64,000 nucleotides of DNA from Candidatus Poribacteria bacterium. GTDB lineage: Bacteria; Poribacteria; WGA-4E; WGA-3G. Position numbers and translations under genes: made by a program. This document shows, in pieces, positions 32,119-43,809 of this stretch. Every line of letters starts with the position of its first letter. The stretch's first letter is position 1. The DNA lies in assembly GCA_965215265.1 (NCBI GenBank), contig OZ244048.1:4160001-4224000 (forward strand), read 5' to 3'. Under the pieces are notes generated by a model. It had not been told where the DNA came from and did not search any database. It worked only from the letters and a program-made list of their open reading frames with translations.

Positions 32119-33165
32119 TTAATGTTCATGATGCTTGGCTTTATCGTAGTGGAGCCGAAGCAAATCTACCCCGAAGTCGTCCTCAATGTGGCGCCACACG
32201 GAGTGAATGTGGTTTGCATTGTTCTGCGTGTTATCATACTCCACGAAGAAAAATGGTCCGTGCAGACGGTAATAGTGGGGTGCCCCACGCGCCTCACCAC
32301 CTGCCCAAGCAAAGTGAATATCATTGAGACTGCCCTCGCGTAACTTCCGGTGCTCAATCTGAGCAATCTCCTCAGGGAGCCGATCAATGTATTCACTAAT
32401 TAGCATCATCAAGACTTCACGTTGCTGCGTTTCCATAGATTCTGCCGCGAGGCCCTCAACAGCATCAAACTCAACTTTGGGGACATCGCGTGTCAAAATA
32501 TCGGATGGAGCATCCGCGTTAATAATACACCGGCTTTTCTGAGCCAAATTCAGACTGCCGACGAACTTCCGGGCTATATCCTCTTCAGCAGAAAGAATTC
32601 TTAACCCCTTTTTCTTACCTTGCGGTACCTCGGCAGGATTTGAGCCGAAGAAGAACGGATTCGGAGAAATGAGCGATCGATTGACAACCGTAAAATTGAG
32701 TGAAACATGATGCCCCTCAGCGCGCCAGCCCCAGGCACCATTGCCCGACGGATCACCAAACACAGTAAAAAAGTAGTAGCCCGGATCCCGGACGAGTCTC
32801 GCCTCACCGGATGCCGCTTCAATCTCACCGAGCGTCGTCTCTAAATTGATAATCGCCCGCGCTTTCTGGTACCCTCTCGCACTGAGCCCGCTTGCCATCA
32901 GCGCAAACGCAGCTGCTTGCTGTTTCTGATTCAGCTCCTTGAGTGAAACTCCTTCCCGTTCCCACATCTCAATTGGGATATAGTGCCAACGGAACCGTTC
33001 ATTTCCATCAAACGGAAGTGCCGCTTTTTCCCGCAGTGCCGGAGTGAGCGTATCCAAGAAATTCACCGCTACATTTGCCATTTGCGATGCAGTCTCCGAT
33101 GCAGGAACCACCAAAACTTTGGATTGTGAGTTGCTATCTGTATGTACCACCGAAAATACCTCCAT
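32119..33165 (-). CDS. DUF3500 domain-containing protein
   Basis: WHYIP, LSARGY, EGHHVSLN, P.FFGSNP, YYRLHGP, NHIHSVWR...DFG. Confidence 0.9.
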   Translation of the reverse strand: MEVFSVVHTDSNSQSKVLVVPASETASQMANVAVNFLDTLTPALREKAALPFDGNERFRWHYIPIEMWEREGVSLKELNQKQQAAAFALMASGLSARGYQKARAIINLETTLGEIEAASGEARLVRDPGYYFFTVFGDPSGNGAWGWRAEGHHVSLNFTVVNRSLISPNPFFFGSNPAEVPQGKKKGLRILSAEEDIARKFVGSLNLAQKSRCIINADAPSDILTRDVPKVEFDAVEGLAAESMETQQREVLMMLISEYIDRLPEEIAQIEHRKLREGSLNDIHFAWAGGEARGAPHYYRLHGPFFFVEYDNTQNNANHIHSVWRHIEDDFGVDLLRLHYDKAKHHEH

Positions 33166-33480
33166 TTTTCAGATTAAATGCTATTCTAAACCAATAGCAC
33201 TTGAAAAGCAAGTTTTTAATCACGCGAAAAAATTACGGATATTTCGTTCTCCAACAATCACTTACCAAAGGTTAGTTTAGAATAGATTTTATCATTGATG
33301 TGAAACAACAACTGTTTTTTTTTTTGCGGGGGCGGGAAAATAACGAATGGTGTCAAATACATTGACATTTCCATGGCAGTGACCTTCGGGTGGCTGTCCC
33401 TGTTTTTTTTACACTTGCGTGCGAATCGATGATTTCGAGAGTTCCGCAGGTCATTCGGAGCCTTTTTTTTCGCATTCCAC

Positions 33481-33509
33481 TTGACTTTTGCCCTTTGATA
33501 CGGTATCAT
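33481..33509 (+). promoter_or_regulatory. sigma70-like promoter
   Basis: TTGACT-N17-TATCAT upstream of the ABC permease gene. Confidence 0.5.
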
Positions 33510-33572
33510 TAATTAACATCGCGACGATAACATAACAAAAAATAGCAACTCGGAAGCAGCCTGCACAAAAAG

Positions 33573-35372
33573 ATGGCCAACCCTCACAGGGCAAAACTTA
33601 ACTCAGAGAAAACAGTCCGGTTGATGAACAAGATCCGGCAAAAATACGATTTAACGCCCTCGATCAGTTCCATCTTTCTGCTGATCCTCTTATTCTTCGT
33701 CCTATTCCTCATATACCCCCTCCTTTATGTCTTCAAAGAAGCTTTCTGGATAGAGAATACCTTCAGCCTGACATATTTCAAATTGATGACGACAGATCCG
33801 AACATCCGTACGCTAGTCATCAACAGTTTTAAAATTGGCGTGATGGTCACATGCGTCACGAGCATTGTAAGTCTCCCGCTAGCATATTTCATGAGCCGCT
33901 ACCGCTACCCAGGGCGCAATCTGTTCCGCTCTGTCATTCTCATCCCGATGATTATGCCCCCGTTTGTTGGTGCTATCGGCATGAAGCAGTTCTTCGGTCC
34001 ATACGGCAGCGTCAATATGCTTTTGGTTAAACTTAACCTGATTGATATAACAGAGACGATAGACTGGTTCGGTGGTGGGTTCTGGGGCGTAGTGCTGCTG
34101 TCAACCTTACACTTGTATCCGATAATGTATCTGAACATCGTCGCCGCCTTGGCGAACGTAGATCCGAGCTTAGAGGAAGCAGCAGAGAATATGGGGGCAT
34201 CACGATTCCAAGTGTTCCGTCGGATAACCTTACCGTTGATGATGCCAGGGTACTTTGCAGGTGCAATCCTCGTCTTTATTTGGGCGTTCACGGACCTCGG
34301 GACACCCCTTATCTTTAACTACAATGAAGTCATTGCCGTCAAAATTTTCCGACAAGTCACCGAAGCAAACACGAATCCGATGGGATACGCGCTCGTCGTC
34401 CTGATCATTATGTTAACAGCCTTTGCCTTTTACTTTTCTAAACGCTGGACAGGCAGTAAGCACTACGAAATGCTCGGAAAAGGACACGTAACCTCGCGTG
34501 AGGTAGATGCGAATTGGGCGATGCGATGCCTTATCTACCTCTTTATCGGCGGCTTGACGTTCATGGCCCTGTTACCGCATATCAGCGTCATCCTCGTCTC
34601 TTTAACACCAGATGCGAGCCAATGGAGGTTAAGCGTCCTCCCTCAATCGTGGACGTTCGCGCATTACGTTGAGACGTTTACACATTCAGATACACTGCCG
34701 AGTATCCTCAACAGTTTAAAATACAGCATTTTTAGCACCCTACTCGCACTCTTAATCGGAGTCGTCGTCTCGTATCTCTTGACGCGCAAACGGATCCCAT
34801 TCCAAAATCTGCTGGATGCAGTCGCGATGCTGCCGTTAGCGTTACCCGGTGTCGCGATAGCATTTGGATACCTAGGCAGCTTCGCCGATACGACGCTGCT
34901 CTTACGGCACCTCCCAGAACGGTTAGTCTCTGTTTTGGATCCAAGGCAGAACCCCACATTCCTCCTGATTATCAGTTATGCCGTACGGCGCTTACCGTAT
35001 ATGTTACGTTCCATCTACGCTGGACTTCAGCAGACAAGCATCAGCTACGAAGAAGCATCGCACAACCTCGGCGCGAATCCGATGCGCACCTTATATAAAA
35101 TCACGTTGCCGCTAGTCATCGCCAACATCCTGGCAGGTGCAATTTTGGTATTCTCTTTCTCTATGCTGGAGGTAAGCGACAGCCTGATTTTAGCAATGCG
35201 CGACGAACACTATCCGATTACCAAAGCTATCTGGGCACTTTCGCAACGCCCAGATCACGGTGCACATACAGCGAGCGCACTGGGGGTAGTCGGTATGTTA
35301 ATCTTAATCGCGTGTCTATTAGGCGCGGGGCGGGTGCTTGGCGGAAAACTCGGAGAGCTCTTCCGGATTTAG
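33573..35372 (+). CDS. Fe3+/thiamine-type ABC transporter permease (two-repeat, FbpB-like)
   Basis: Two EAA loops (EEAAENMGA, EEASHNLGA), about 12 TM segments; start may be at a downstream Met. Confidence 0.9.
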   Translation: MANPHRAKLNSEKTVRLMNKIRQKYDLTPSISSIFLLILLFFVLFLIYPLLYVFKEAFWIENTFSLTYFKLMTTDPNIRTLVINSFKIGVMVTCVTSIVSLPLAYFMSRYRYPGRNLFRSVILIPMIMPPFVGAIGMKQFFGPYGSVNMLLVKLNLIDITETIDWFGGGFWGVVLLSTLHLYPIMYLNIVAALANVDPSLEEAAENMGASRFQVFRRITLPLMMPGYFAGAILVFIWAFTDLGTPLIFNYNEVIAVKIFRQVTEANTNPMGYALVVLIIMLTAFAFYFSKRWTGSKHYEMLGKGHVTSREVDANWAMRCLIYLFIGGLTFMALLPHISVILVSLTPDASQWRLSVLPQSWTFAHYVETFTHSDTLPSILNSLKYSIFSTLLALLIGVVVSYLLTRKRIPFQNLLDAVAMLPLALPGVAIAFGYLGSFADTTLLLRHLPERLVSVLDPRQNPTFLLIISYAVRRLPYMLRSIYAGLQQTSISYEEASHNLGANPMRTLYKITLPLVIANILAGAILVFSFSMLEVSDSLILAMRDEHYPITKAIWALSQRPDHGAHTASALGVVGMLILIACLLGAGRVLGGKLGELFRI

Positions 35373-35385
35373 CTGCGTTCAAAAG

Positions 35386-36828
35386 TTAACGGACATCCCT
35401 GCGCAGCCCGGCACCGTCTATTGCCCGATGTGGGTCTATGAAACTGTTCGTCTCATCCTTCCGCCGTGGTGGCGGTAAGGCACTCGCTTTCGCACGTAGA
35501 CCTGCCAGGACATTAGCATAAACAGCATCTCCAATCAGATTGGTTCGCTCATCCGGATCTTTAGACAAATCAAAGAGTTGTTCCGGCCACCCACGTCCGT
35601 TATCAAATCGGAAGTACTTCAAGCTGCCTTCCTTCACCATCACAGATGGCCCGTTTTGGGCCCTCCATAATTCACTGTAAACGGTATTGGGCCAATTCTC
35701 TACGTCCCCTTCTATTAAAGGCACGAGGGAACGTCCATCAATTTCGTCGGGTTTAGGGATCTCTGCTAACTCGCACAAGGTAGGAAACAGATCTACTAAG
35801 GACACATTTTCCGTAACCAGCCCCGCGTTTTTGCCAAACCGCTGCGGATACCAGATAGCAAGGGGCACACGCGCAGAAGCGTCAAAGAAACTCTGTTTCT
35901 CCCAGAGCCCTTTTGTACCGAGCATCTCTCCATGGTCAGACAGGAATACCACGATGAAATCCTCAAGTACATTCAAGTGTTCCAGCTTCTCAATGACGCG
36001 TGCAAATTGGGCATCCATCCACTCGATCATTCCGTAATACGCCGCGGTTGCACGATGCGCCTGACGATAGGTAACATCTTGGTTAACCCTTACCTTGAAA
36101 AAGTCATCGCATTCAAATTGCTCGTTAGGCCCTTCAATAATCGGCTCCACCCGCTGCATATAATAATTGAATAAATCGAGTGGACACTGATACGGATAGT
36201 GTGGTGCCCAGAGGCTCACCGCCATACAGAGCGGATTTGCCCGAGGCCGATCGTAAGATGCGTTTACGAAATACTCTTCAAGGAAAAGCAACGCACCAGC
36301 TACCGTATATTGGTCGTGTAGCATCCAGTGTCCTAAGCCGGGTTGCGCATCCCGGATCTCTTGCACGACTTTGTGCTGTTTCGCACCTGTGCCCGGCTCC
36401 GGTTCAATCCTCGCGTAGTGTTCATCCTTAACAGGAGCGTAGGGATAGCCGTTGCTCCCAATAACATCGCGGCCAATCCGTTCACGCCACCCGTGCATCA
36501 CATCCGTGCCGACAAAGTGCATCTTCCCCGCACAGCAGGTGTAATACCCGTAGTTTCCGAAATGCCCCGGAATCGTGCGAACCGTTGTCGGCATCGCATC
36601 TCCAAAGTTGAGACTCCCACAGTTACGAGGATAGAGCCCGGAAAGGAAACTCTGCCGCGCAGGAACACAGATCGGCGAGGGCGTGTAGGCGTTGCGAAAG
36701 TAGACACCTTCATCCATAAACCGCGATAAGGTCGGTGTCTGGATAGTCGTGTTCCCTTCAACCGGCAATATATCCGGACGGTGCTCATCATTGATGAGAA
36801 GGAGTACATGTGGCTTCTTTTTTTGCAT
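35386..36828 (-). CDS. sulfatase (choline-sulfatase-like)
   Basis: SPICVPARQSFLSG (CxPxR), GKMH, SDHGEMLG, QLFDL..DP.E. Confidence 0.9.
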   Translation of the reverse strand: MQKKKPHVLLLINDEHRPDILPVEGNTTIQTPTLSRFMDEGVYFRNAYTPSPICVPARQSFLSGLYPRNCGSLNFGDAMPTTVRTIPGHFGNYGYYTCCAGKMHFVGTDVMHGWRERIGRDVIGSNGYPYAPVKDEHYARIEPEPGTGAKQHKVVQEIRDAQPGLGHWMLHDQYTVAGALLFLEEYFVNASYDRPRANPLCMAVSLWAPHYPYQCPLDLFNYYMQRVEPIIEGPNEQFECDDFFKVRVNQDVTYRQAHRATAAYYGMIEWMDAQFARVIEKLEHLNVLEDFIVVFLSDHGEMLGTKGLWEKQSFFDASARVPLAIWYPQRFGKNAGLVTENVSLVDLFPTLCELAEIPKPDEIDGRSLVPLIEGDVENWPNTVYSELWRAQNGPSVMVKEGSLKYFRFDNGRGWPEQLFDLSKDPDERTNLIGDAVYANVLAGLRAKASALPPPRRKDETNSFIDPHRAIDGAGLRRDVR

Positions 36829-36864
36829 AATAGATGTCGCCCTTTATAAGAGAGAGAAACGCTT

Positions 36865-37719
36865 TTATCTCAATTCCGGCCCCGGTGAGCGATTCCACGT
36901 CTGGGGCTCAACGTCGCCATCATAAACAGGGGCAAGTTCCGAGATCTTCTCGTAATCTGCTTCTAACCATGCACGCTGCTGCCGAAGTCGACCGATCTGT
37001 GCACGCAGCCCCGCTGGAAGCAGCGCAAAGAATGGGTGGTACCAGAGCGTAATCACGGTGCGGCGTTCATTAGCGTTATTGCTATGTGAGGCATGCAGCA
37101 GCCTTGAATCTCCGATGACCAGGTCGCCAGCACGCACCGGCACATCAAGCTCATCAACTAACGATTGATACGCAGGATGATCCGGATTGTTTACACGCTG
37201 CAAACTTTCACCGTGCGCGTCCGGCAGGATATCATGCATCGGATGACGCTTGACATGCGAACCCGGCAGCACCCGTAAGCAGCCATTATGCTGCGTCGTG
37301 TTAACCAAATAGTACATGAGGAAGAACTGTTGCGGTAGAGGCGTGTAGCTGCATGGGTCGTCCCAGCCCCACCAGTCTTGATGCCAGAACAACGGCGGAC
37401 TCTGTGGCGGTTTACTGATGATGTAACCCGATGACCATTTCGGCCTCAGGAACCCTAACGCCGCTAAGGTTTCCAATGCACGCGGATAGACCACCAATTC
37501 AGCGAAAAACGGATGCTCATACACACTAAGCATACTACCCGATGAACGGTAGGCCGCACGCTCCTCTTCAGTTTGTGCGTCAAGCAGGGCATCTGTCACG
37601 ACACGAAGCCGAATCAGCATGTCTTCCATTAACACGCCTCTAATCACACAGTAACCGTCCTCTATTAATTGATCGTATTTCTGTTTCGGTCTTTCAATAT
37701 TCATGGCAATCTGTACCAC
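36865..37719 (-). CDS. phytanoyl-CoA dioxygenase family protein
   Basis: WHQD, NGCLRVLPGSH, GDLVIGDSRLLHAS..N...RR. Confidence 0.9.
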   Translation of the reverse strand: MVQIAMNIERPKQKYDQLIEDGYCVIRGVLMEDMLIRLRVVTDALLDAQTEEERAAYRSSGSMLSVYEHPFFAELVVYPRALETLAALGFLRPKWSSGYIISKPPQSPPLFWHQDWWGWDDPCSYTPLPQQFFLMYYLVNTTQHNGCLRVLPGSHVKRHPMHDILPDAHGESLQRVNNPDHPAYQSLVDELDVPVRAGDLVIGDSRLLHASHSNNANERRTVITLWYHPFFALLPAGLRAQIGRLRQQRAWLEADYEKISELAPVYDGDVEPQTWNRSPGPELR

Positions 37720-37989
37720 TCTTCGCCCTCTTTCATAGACATTTATTAAAGTTTATGCAAATTTGCAGCCTTTGTCAAACTGTTTTTTATTTTTTCCTGC
37801 GATTTCTTATTGTGCATCCCCACATTTCTCTTACAATTTTTTTTAAAATATGATATATTAATGTGAACACCATAAAAATCTGCCTGACAATTTTGCAAAC
37901 CTGCTTATCAGAGGAGACAACCGCATGCACAATAAACTCACAAAGCCCAGCCTCGTCCCTCAACCGCATGGCCCCAGAGGAGCAAACGC

Positions 37990-40900
37990 ATGAACAAAGA
38001 ACACATCAGAGAGGCTCTCGCTGCAATATGCACTGGCCCCTTTTTACAAACCGCGAAAAACCTGCTCGCCACGCTCGGCTACCGCAGCGATTTGACAGAA
38101 GCATTCTCTGGAACAGCCGGCGACTTTATAGAGACTTTCCCCGCATTCAACCCGAACACCCAAACGGAACAAGCCCTCCGAAACCACGCAGCCTCGATAC
38201 ACTTCATCTTCCAACTCACAGACGCAGAAATAGATGCCGAAACGCAACAGCGGTTAGAACTCTTTGAAGGAAACGATGCGGAAAGTTTCTTTTTCTTCGC
38301 CGTAGAACTAAAAGAGAAAACCTACTCCCGCGGTGCGTACGCAGAATTGACGCGAGAAATCAATAAGCGTCTGATTGTTCCGACGGTGGTGTTATTTCGT
38401 GTGTCAACCCGGCTAACCCTCGGTTTTGTGGGACGCCGTCCACACGCGCACCACCCAGGGCGCGATGTTCTCCAGCAAGTGACACTCATCAAGGACATTC
38501 GTCTTGAGGCGCCGCACCGCGCGCATTTAGATATCCTCTCTGAACTTTCACGAACAGAATGCCTGAACTGGATGGACGCAAATAACAGACAGAAAAACTT
38601 CGACGGACTGCTATCCGCCTGGGTTGCGAAACTCAACACCGAAGCGCTCAACAAGCAGTTCTACGGAAGGTTGTTCAGCTGGTTCGAGTGGGCAATGAGA
38701 GAAGCGAAGTTCCCGACAGCCGAACTGAAGCCGTTGGGTTCCGAAGCACACATCATCCGGCTCATCACGCGGCTGCTCTTTATATGGTTCTTGAAAGAAA
38801 AAGGGCTTGTCCCCGAGTGGCTGTTTGAAGATTCCGAGGGGAAAGAGCAGGCGGGCACGCAAAACAATGATGCGTTGGAGAGAGGGCGGGTGGGCCTGCA
38901 AAACAACGCGCCGTCTGAAGATTCCGGGCAGAGTGAGCAGGTGAGCCTGCAAAACAACCAACAGTCTGAATACCCCCCCCTTACAGACGTTAAGTCTTCT
39001 GCCGAACGCCACGACAGAAAGCAGCCTGCACGCACACCTCAAAAACTTTGAGCCCGACACATCCGATTACTACCAAGCCATCCTCCAAAACCTATTCTTT
39101 GCTACTCTCAACACACCTATAAATCAACGCACCTTTAGCACACACGATAACAGGAGCCACCGCGATTCAAGCAAATATCGCTATGCTGACTTGCTGCAAT
39201 CACCCCAAACCTTCCTTCAACACCTAAAGCACGTCCCATTTGTCAACGGCGGACTGTTTGACTGCTTGGATACCTTTGAGGCAACCAGCGACGGCGGTGT
39301 CCGAATAGACTGTTTCTCTGATAACAAAACGGTTCGACAAAAATTACACGTCCCCGCAAAACTCTTTTTTCACAAAACACAGGGCCTCTTTCCTCTCTTC
39401 GCTCACTATAAGTTTACCGTCGAGGAAAACACACCCATTGAACAAGAAGTCGCGCTCGATCCAGAACTGCTCGGACAAGTGTTTGAAAACCTGCTCGGCA
39501 CCTATAACCCCGAAACACAATCCACCGCACGCAAAGCCACAGGCTCTTACTACACACCCCGCCAAATCGTTGAACACATGGTAGACGAGGCACTCAGCGC
39601 CTATCTCATCCAAAACGTCAAACCCTACGACGGAAACACACAATCCCTTGAGGAACGCCTCCGCGAAGACCTCCTCGCTTATGAATCCCAAGGCAACATT
39701 GATGAAGACGCACATCACCTCATTCATCCAGAGGAAATTCAACCCCTCATTCAGGCGATAGACGCACTCAAAATCATAGATCCAGCCGTCGGCTCCGGGG
39801 CTTTCGCTATGGGCATCCTCAATAAACTCGTGCTCATCCTCCGAAAACTCGATCCGCAGAATCAAAACTGGAAGCAGCGACAACTTCAACAAGCTGAGAA
39901 CATACCAGACCTCCATAGCCGCGAAAGCGCAAAGCAGGCAATAGAGGCAGTCTTCTCTCAACAAAACCGATACAACGACTACGGACGCAAACTCTACCTC
40001 ATCCAAAACGGCCTCTACGGCATAGATATCCAACCCATCGCCGTCACCATTGCCAAACTCCGCTTTTTCATCTCTCTCATCATAGAGCAGATACCCAACC
40101 AGAACCCTGACGACAACTACGGCATCAGACCCCTCCCCAACTTGGAGACGAAGTTCGTCGCCGCAAACACCCTCATCGGCTTAAAGGGGGCAAAAGAAAC
40201 GGATTTTCAGCGCTTGCTTGAAACAGACACCATCCAACAACTCCGCAACGACATTGAAGTCATCCGCGCCACACACTTCTCCGGCAGCACCCGTCGGCAA
40301 AAACTTGAGGCGATGCGAAAAGAGGAAAAGTGCCGTGAAAAATTGGCACTCGCGCTAAGAACACAGTCGGAACAGTGGACGGTGCAGGAGCAAAGCCGGA
40401 TATCCCAACAGATTGCGCAGCTGCCCAAAAAAGAGGCGCGCAACCAACTCCGGGAAAAACTCGAGAAAGCGTATGCAATTCGTCAGCAAAAACTAACAGC
40501 CAGCGTAGAAGAGGCACAGAAAATCGCAAACTGGAATCCATACAACCAGAACGCCGTCGCCGATTTCTTTGAACCCGCATGGATGTTCGGCATCCACCAC
40601 GGCTTTCACATCGTCATCGGCAATCCACCCTACATCCGACACGAAAAGATTCGCCATCTCAAGCAGGCCTTGCAAACCCACTTCGGCGACTTCTTCTCCA
40701 GCACCGCAGACATCAGCGTCTACTTCTACAAACGCGGAGCCGAGCTGCTACGCCAAGGCGGGTTGCTCACCTATATCTGCACAAACAAGTTTATGCGTGG
40801 CGGCTACGGAAAAAAACTCAGACAATTCCTTACCGCTGAGATGGCACTAAAAACAATTTTGGACTTCGGCAGCCTCGCCGTCTTTGACGCAGCAGTAAAT

Positions 40901-41935
40901 GCATCCATCGTCCTCGTTCAAAAGTCGCCACCTACTCCAAACCACACCCTCCATGCAACAACCCTAAGGCATGTTTCAGCGGAATTTAACGTCCGGGAGG
41001 CATTTCAAACGCAGGCATTCCCAATGCAGCTCGCCCACTTATCTTCAGAAGGATGGACGTTAGCACGCACAGAAACACTCGCCCTACTACAGAAATTGCA
41101 ACACACAGGAACATCATTCAGCGAATCAATACAAGGCAAATTCTATTCGGGTATCAAGACAGGATGCAATGACGCTTTTATCATAGATGAACCTCTCTGT
41201 CAGCAGCTAATAGCAGAGGATGCCAAAAGTGCACAACTCATAAAACCTTTACTTCGTGGACGGAATCTTCGCAAATGGAAAGCGGTATCAGCAAACGAGC
41301 ACTTGATAGCAATAGCCAGCAGTGCCAATAAGCAGTGGCCCTGGTCAAACGCAGCAAGCGAATCTGAAGCCGAACAGATTTTTGAAAAAACCTATCCAGC
41401 AATCTATCGCCATCTAATACGCTATAAAGAGCGGCTTTTACCCCGTGATGCTCAGGGAAAATTCTACTGGGAGTTGCGTTCGTGCGCCTATTACGACGCA
41501 TTCGAAAAGCCGAAGATCATCTATCCGGATATTAGCTCATCTATGCGTGCGTGTTATGATACTACAAAGACTTTTTGCTTAGCCCCTGCCTTCGTCTTAC
41601 CCACAGATGACCTCTCCTTGCTTGCAATTTTAAACAGCCAACTTTTTGATTGGTATGCGCGCTACAAATTTCAAACCCTTAACAACCCATGGGCAGGAGG
41701 TGGATTACTGTTAAAGACAATATACATGCAACACGTCCCGATAGCCAATAGAACAGAAGCACAGAAAGCCGCACTCTCACGCCTCGTCGTGCAGCTCTTG
41801 GCAGAACCCACGGGCGATGCCGTGCACGCGCTTGAGAAAGAGATAGATACCTTAGTCTATCAGTTATATGAGTTAACGCCACAAGAAATTCAACTCATAG
41901 AACAGACGTATCGGGATGCAGGAATGACAGTATGA
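37990..41935 (+). pseudogene. type IIG (Eco57I-like) restriction-modification enzyme, frameshifted at or near C8 tract 38973-38980
   Basis: RLITRLLFIWFLKEK in first ORF; YYQAILQNLFFATLN, TGSYYTP, DPAVGSGAF (motif I), GNPPY (motif IV) and TaqI-like C-terminal region in the +1 frame; removing one C fuses them. Confidence 0.85.
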
Positions 41936-42030
41936 AGCACCACGCTCTATATTATAGCAACCCACCAGAATTGCGGTTTGGAGCCAAACATCTGAAGTTG
42001 CGATATAAGCCAGTTTCACGAAAAAAGACG

Positions 42031-42060
42031 TTGACAAAAAAGCAGAGACGCTGCTATACT
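42031..42060 (+). promoter_or_regulatory. sigma70-like promoter upstream of the 128-bp repeat array
   Basis: TTGACA-N18-TATACT; near-identical context to 62542. Confidence 0.5.
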
Positions 42061-42182
42061 TTATCATGAGAAGTCAACAGCCTAAGCAGATAGATAAGGA
42101 TATCAAGATTTATTTCAAACGCGTCTGCGCGAAGTGGCGACGACTTTGGGGCCGAAGCGGCTGTCGGCGATAACCGCCTCCG

Positions 42183-42642
42183 TTCGTGAATTGGATAGTT
42201 TATAGTCAAACAGAGGCAGCTGCCAGCTAACCCGTTTTCACGAAAGAAACGGCTTTGTATTTTATGAACGCAGTGGTAGTCTACGCTCACGAAAACCTCT
42301 CGTGAAACTTTTCGTGAATTGCATACCACGAACCAAAACAGAGGAAACTGCCAGATAAGCCAGTTTCACGAAAAAACGCATTTTGTATTTTATGAACGCA
42401 GTGGTAGTCTACGCTCACGAAAATCCCTCGTGAAACTTTTCGTGAATTGGAGACTTTGGAGCTAAACAGAGGAAATTACCACAGAATCCAGTTTCACGAA
42501 AAAACGCATGTCGAATCTTCTGAACGCAGTGGTAGTCTACGCTCACGAAAACCTCTCGTGAAACTTTTCGTGAATTGGAGACTTTGCAGCTAAACAGAGG
42601 AAATTACCACAGAATCCAGTTTCACGACGGAGATATACGAAA
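42183..42642. repeat. 128-bp tandem repeat (about 3.5 copies) rich in TTCACGA/TCGTGAA inverted motifs
   Basis: GTGGTAGTCTACGCTCACGAAAA at 42273, 42401, 42529; ends in a CGGAGATATACGAAA terminus. Confidence 0.9.
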
Positions 42643-42774
42643 GATCAAAACAAAAACCTTTCACGACAAACCTTCAAAAAAATCAGGGTAAGTGACGTTA
42701 GAAAACGGTGTTGACTTTTTTACAAAATATATTATCATATCTTTTAAGCCATAAAAGAGACAAAGGAGAAGAAA

Positions 42775-43776
42775 ATGCCCAATCGCGTCAGTCGAGAAAT
42801 TCATCTCAAGAACCGCATCATCGGTCTTCCCACAGAAAGTGATTTCGAACTTGTTGAAGTCACGATTCGTGAACCGGAGGAAGGCGAAGTATTCGTTCAA
42901 AATCTGTACACATCCGTAGATCCCTACATGCGAGGTGTGATGCGTTCTGCCGAGTTGGGGAAACCGTTAGAGGGCGGTTGTGTCGGCCAGATTGTAGAAT
43001 CAAATAGCCCGTCGTTTCAGCCGGGTGACTACGTCTCCGGAATGCTTGGTTGGCGAGACAGTTATGTTGCACAGGCGAAAGACGTAACTCACATTGATGT
43101 GACGATTGCTCCGATCCAATCCTTTTTAGGCGCGGTTGGAATGCCAGGGCGCACCGCCTACTTTGGCCTATTGGAAATAGGGCAACCTAAAGCAGGAGAA
43201 ACGGTTTTCGTTTCCGCCGCAACCGGGGCCGTCGGCTCTGTGGTTTGCCAAATTGCAAAAATTAAGGGATGCCGAGTGGTCGCCAGCACCGGCTCCGATC
43301 AGAAAGTCCAGTGGCTCATGGAGACAGCCGGTGCCGACGCGGCGTTTAACTATAAGCACGTCGATGACTTGGCAACTGAACTGCGGAAGCACTGCCCAGA
43401 CGGACTCGATGTCTACTTTGAAAATGTCGGAGGCAAACACCTAGAGGCTGCTCTTGCAGTCATGAACATGTACGGGCGGGTCGCCCTATGCGGGATGATC
43501 TCCCACTATAACGATATTGAACCAACACCGGGACCCTCAAATCTCAGTACTGCCATCGGCAAACGACTACGGCTAGAGGGTTTTATCGTCACAGATTTTA
43601 TGGAGCGCAACGTTGAATTTTATCGCGATATGCACGAGTGGATTAAGGCAGGAAAAATGAAGTGGGAGGAGACGGTTGTAAACGGCTTAGAGAATGCACC
43701 AAAGGCTTTTATCTCCCTTTTTACAGGTGAGAAATTTGGAAAAATCGTTGTCAAGGTTGAATCCGCATCCAGCTGA
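42775..43776 (+). CDS. NADP-dependent oxidoreductase (CurA/prostaglandin reductase-like MDR)
   Basis: SVDPYMRG, GMPGRTAYFGL, VSAATGAVGS, YFENVGG, CGMISHYN. Confidence 0.9.
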   Translation: MPNRVSREIHLKNRIIGLPTESDFELVEVTIREPEEGEVFVQNLYTSVDPYMRGVMRSAELGKPLEGGCVGQIVESNSPSFQPGDYVSGMLGWRDSYVAQAKDVTHIDVTIAPIQSFLGAVGMPGRTAYFGLLEIGQPKAGETVFVSAATGAVGSVVCQIAKIKGCRVVASTGSDQKVQWLMETAGADAAFNYKHVDDLATELRKHCPDGLDVYFENVGGKHLEAALAVMNMYGRVALCGMISHYNDIEPTPGPSNLSTAIGKRLRLEGFIVTDFMERNVEFYRDMHEWIKAGKMKWEETVVNGLENAPKAFISLFTGEKFGKIVVKVESASS

Positions 43777-43809
43777 AAACGCTATCGTCGCGTAAAGAGA
43801 CAAAAAACA

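Noticed and set aside
42183-42642. 128-bp array as CRISPR
   Set aside because: Whole units are similar to each other; no unique spacers.
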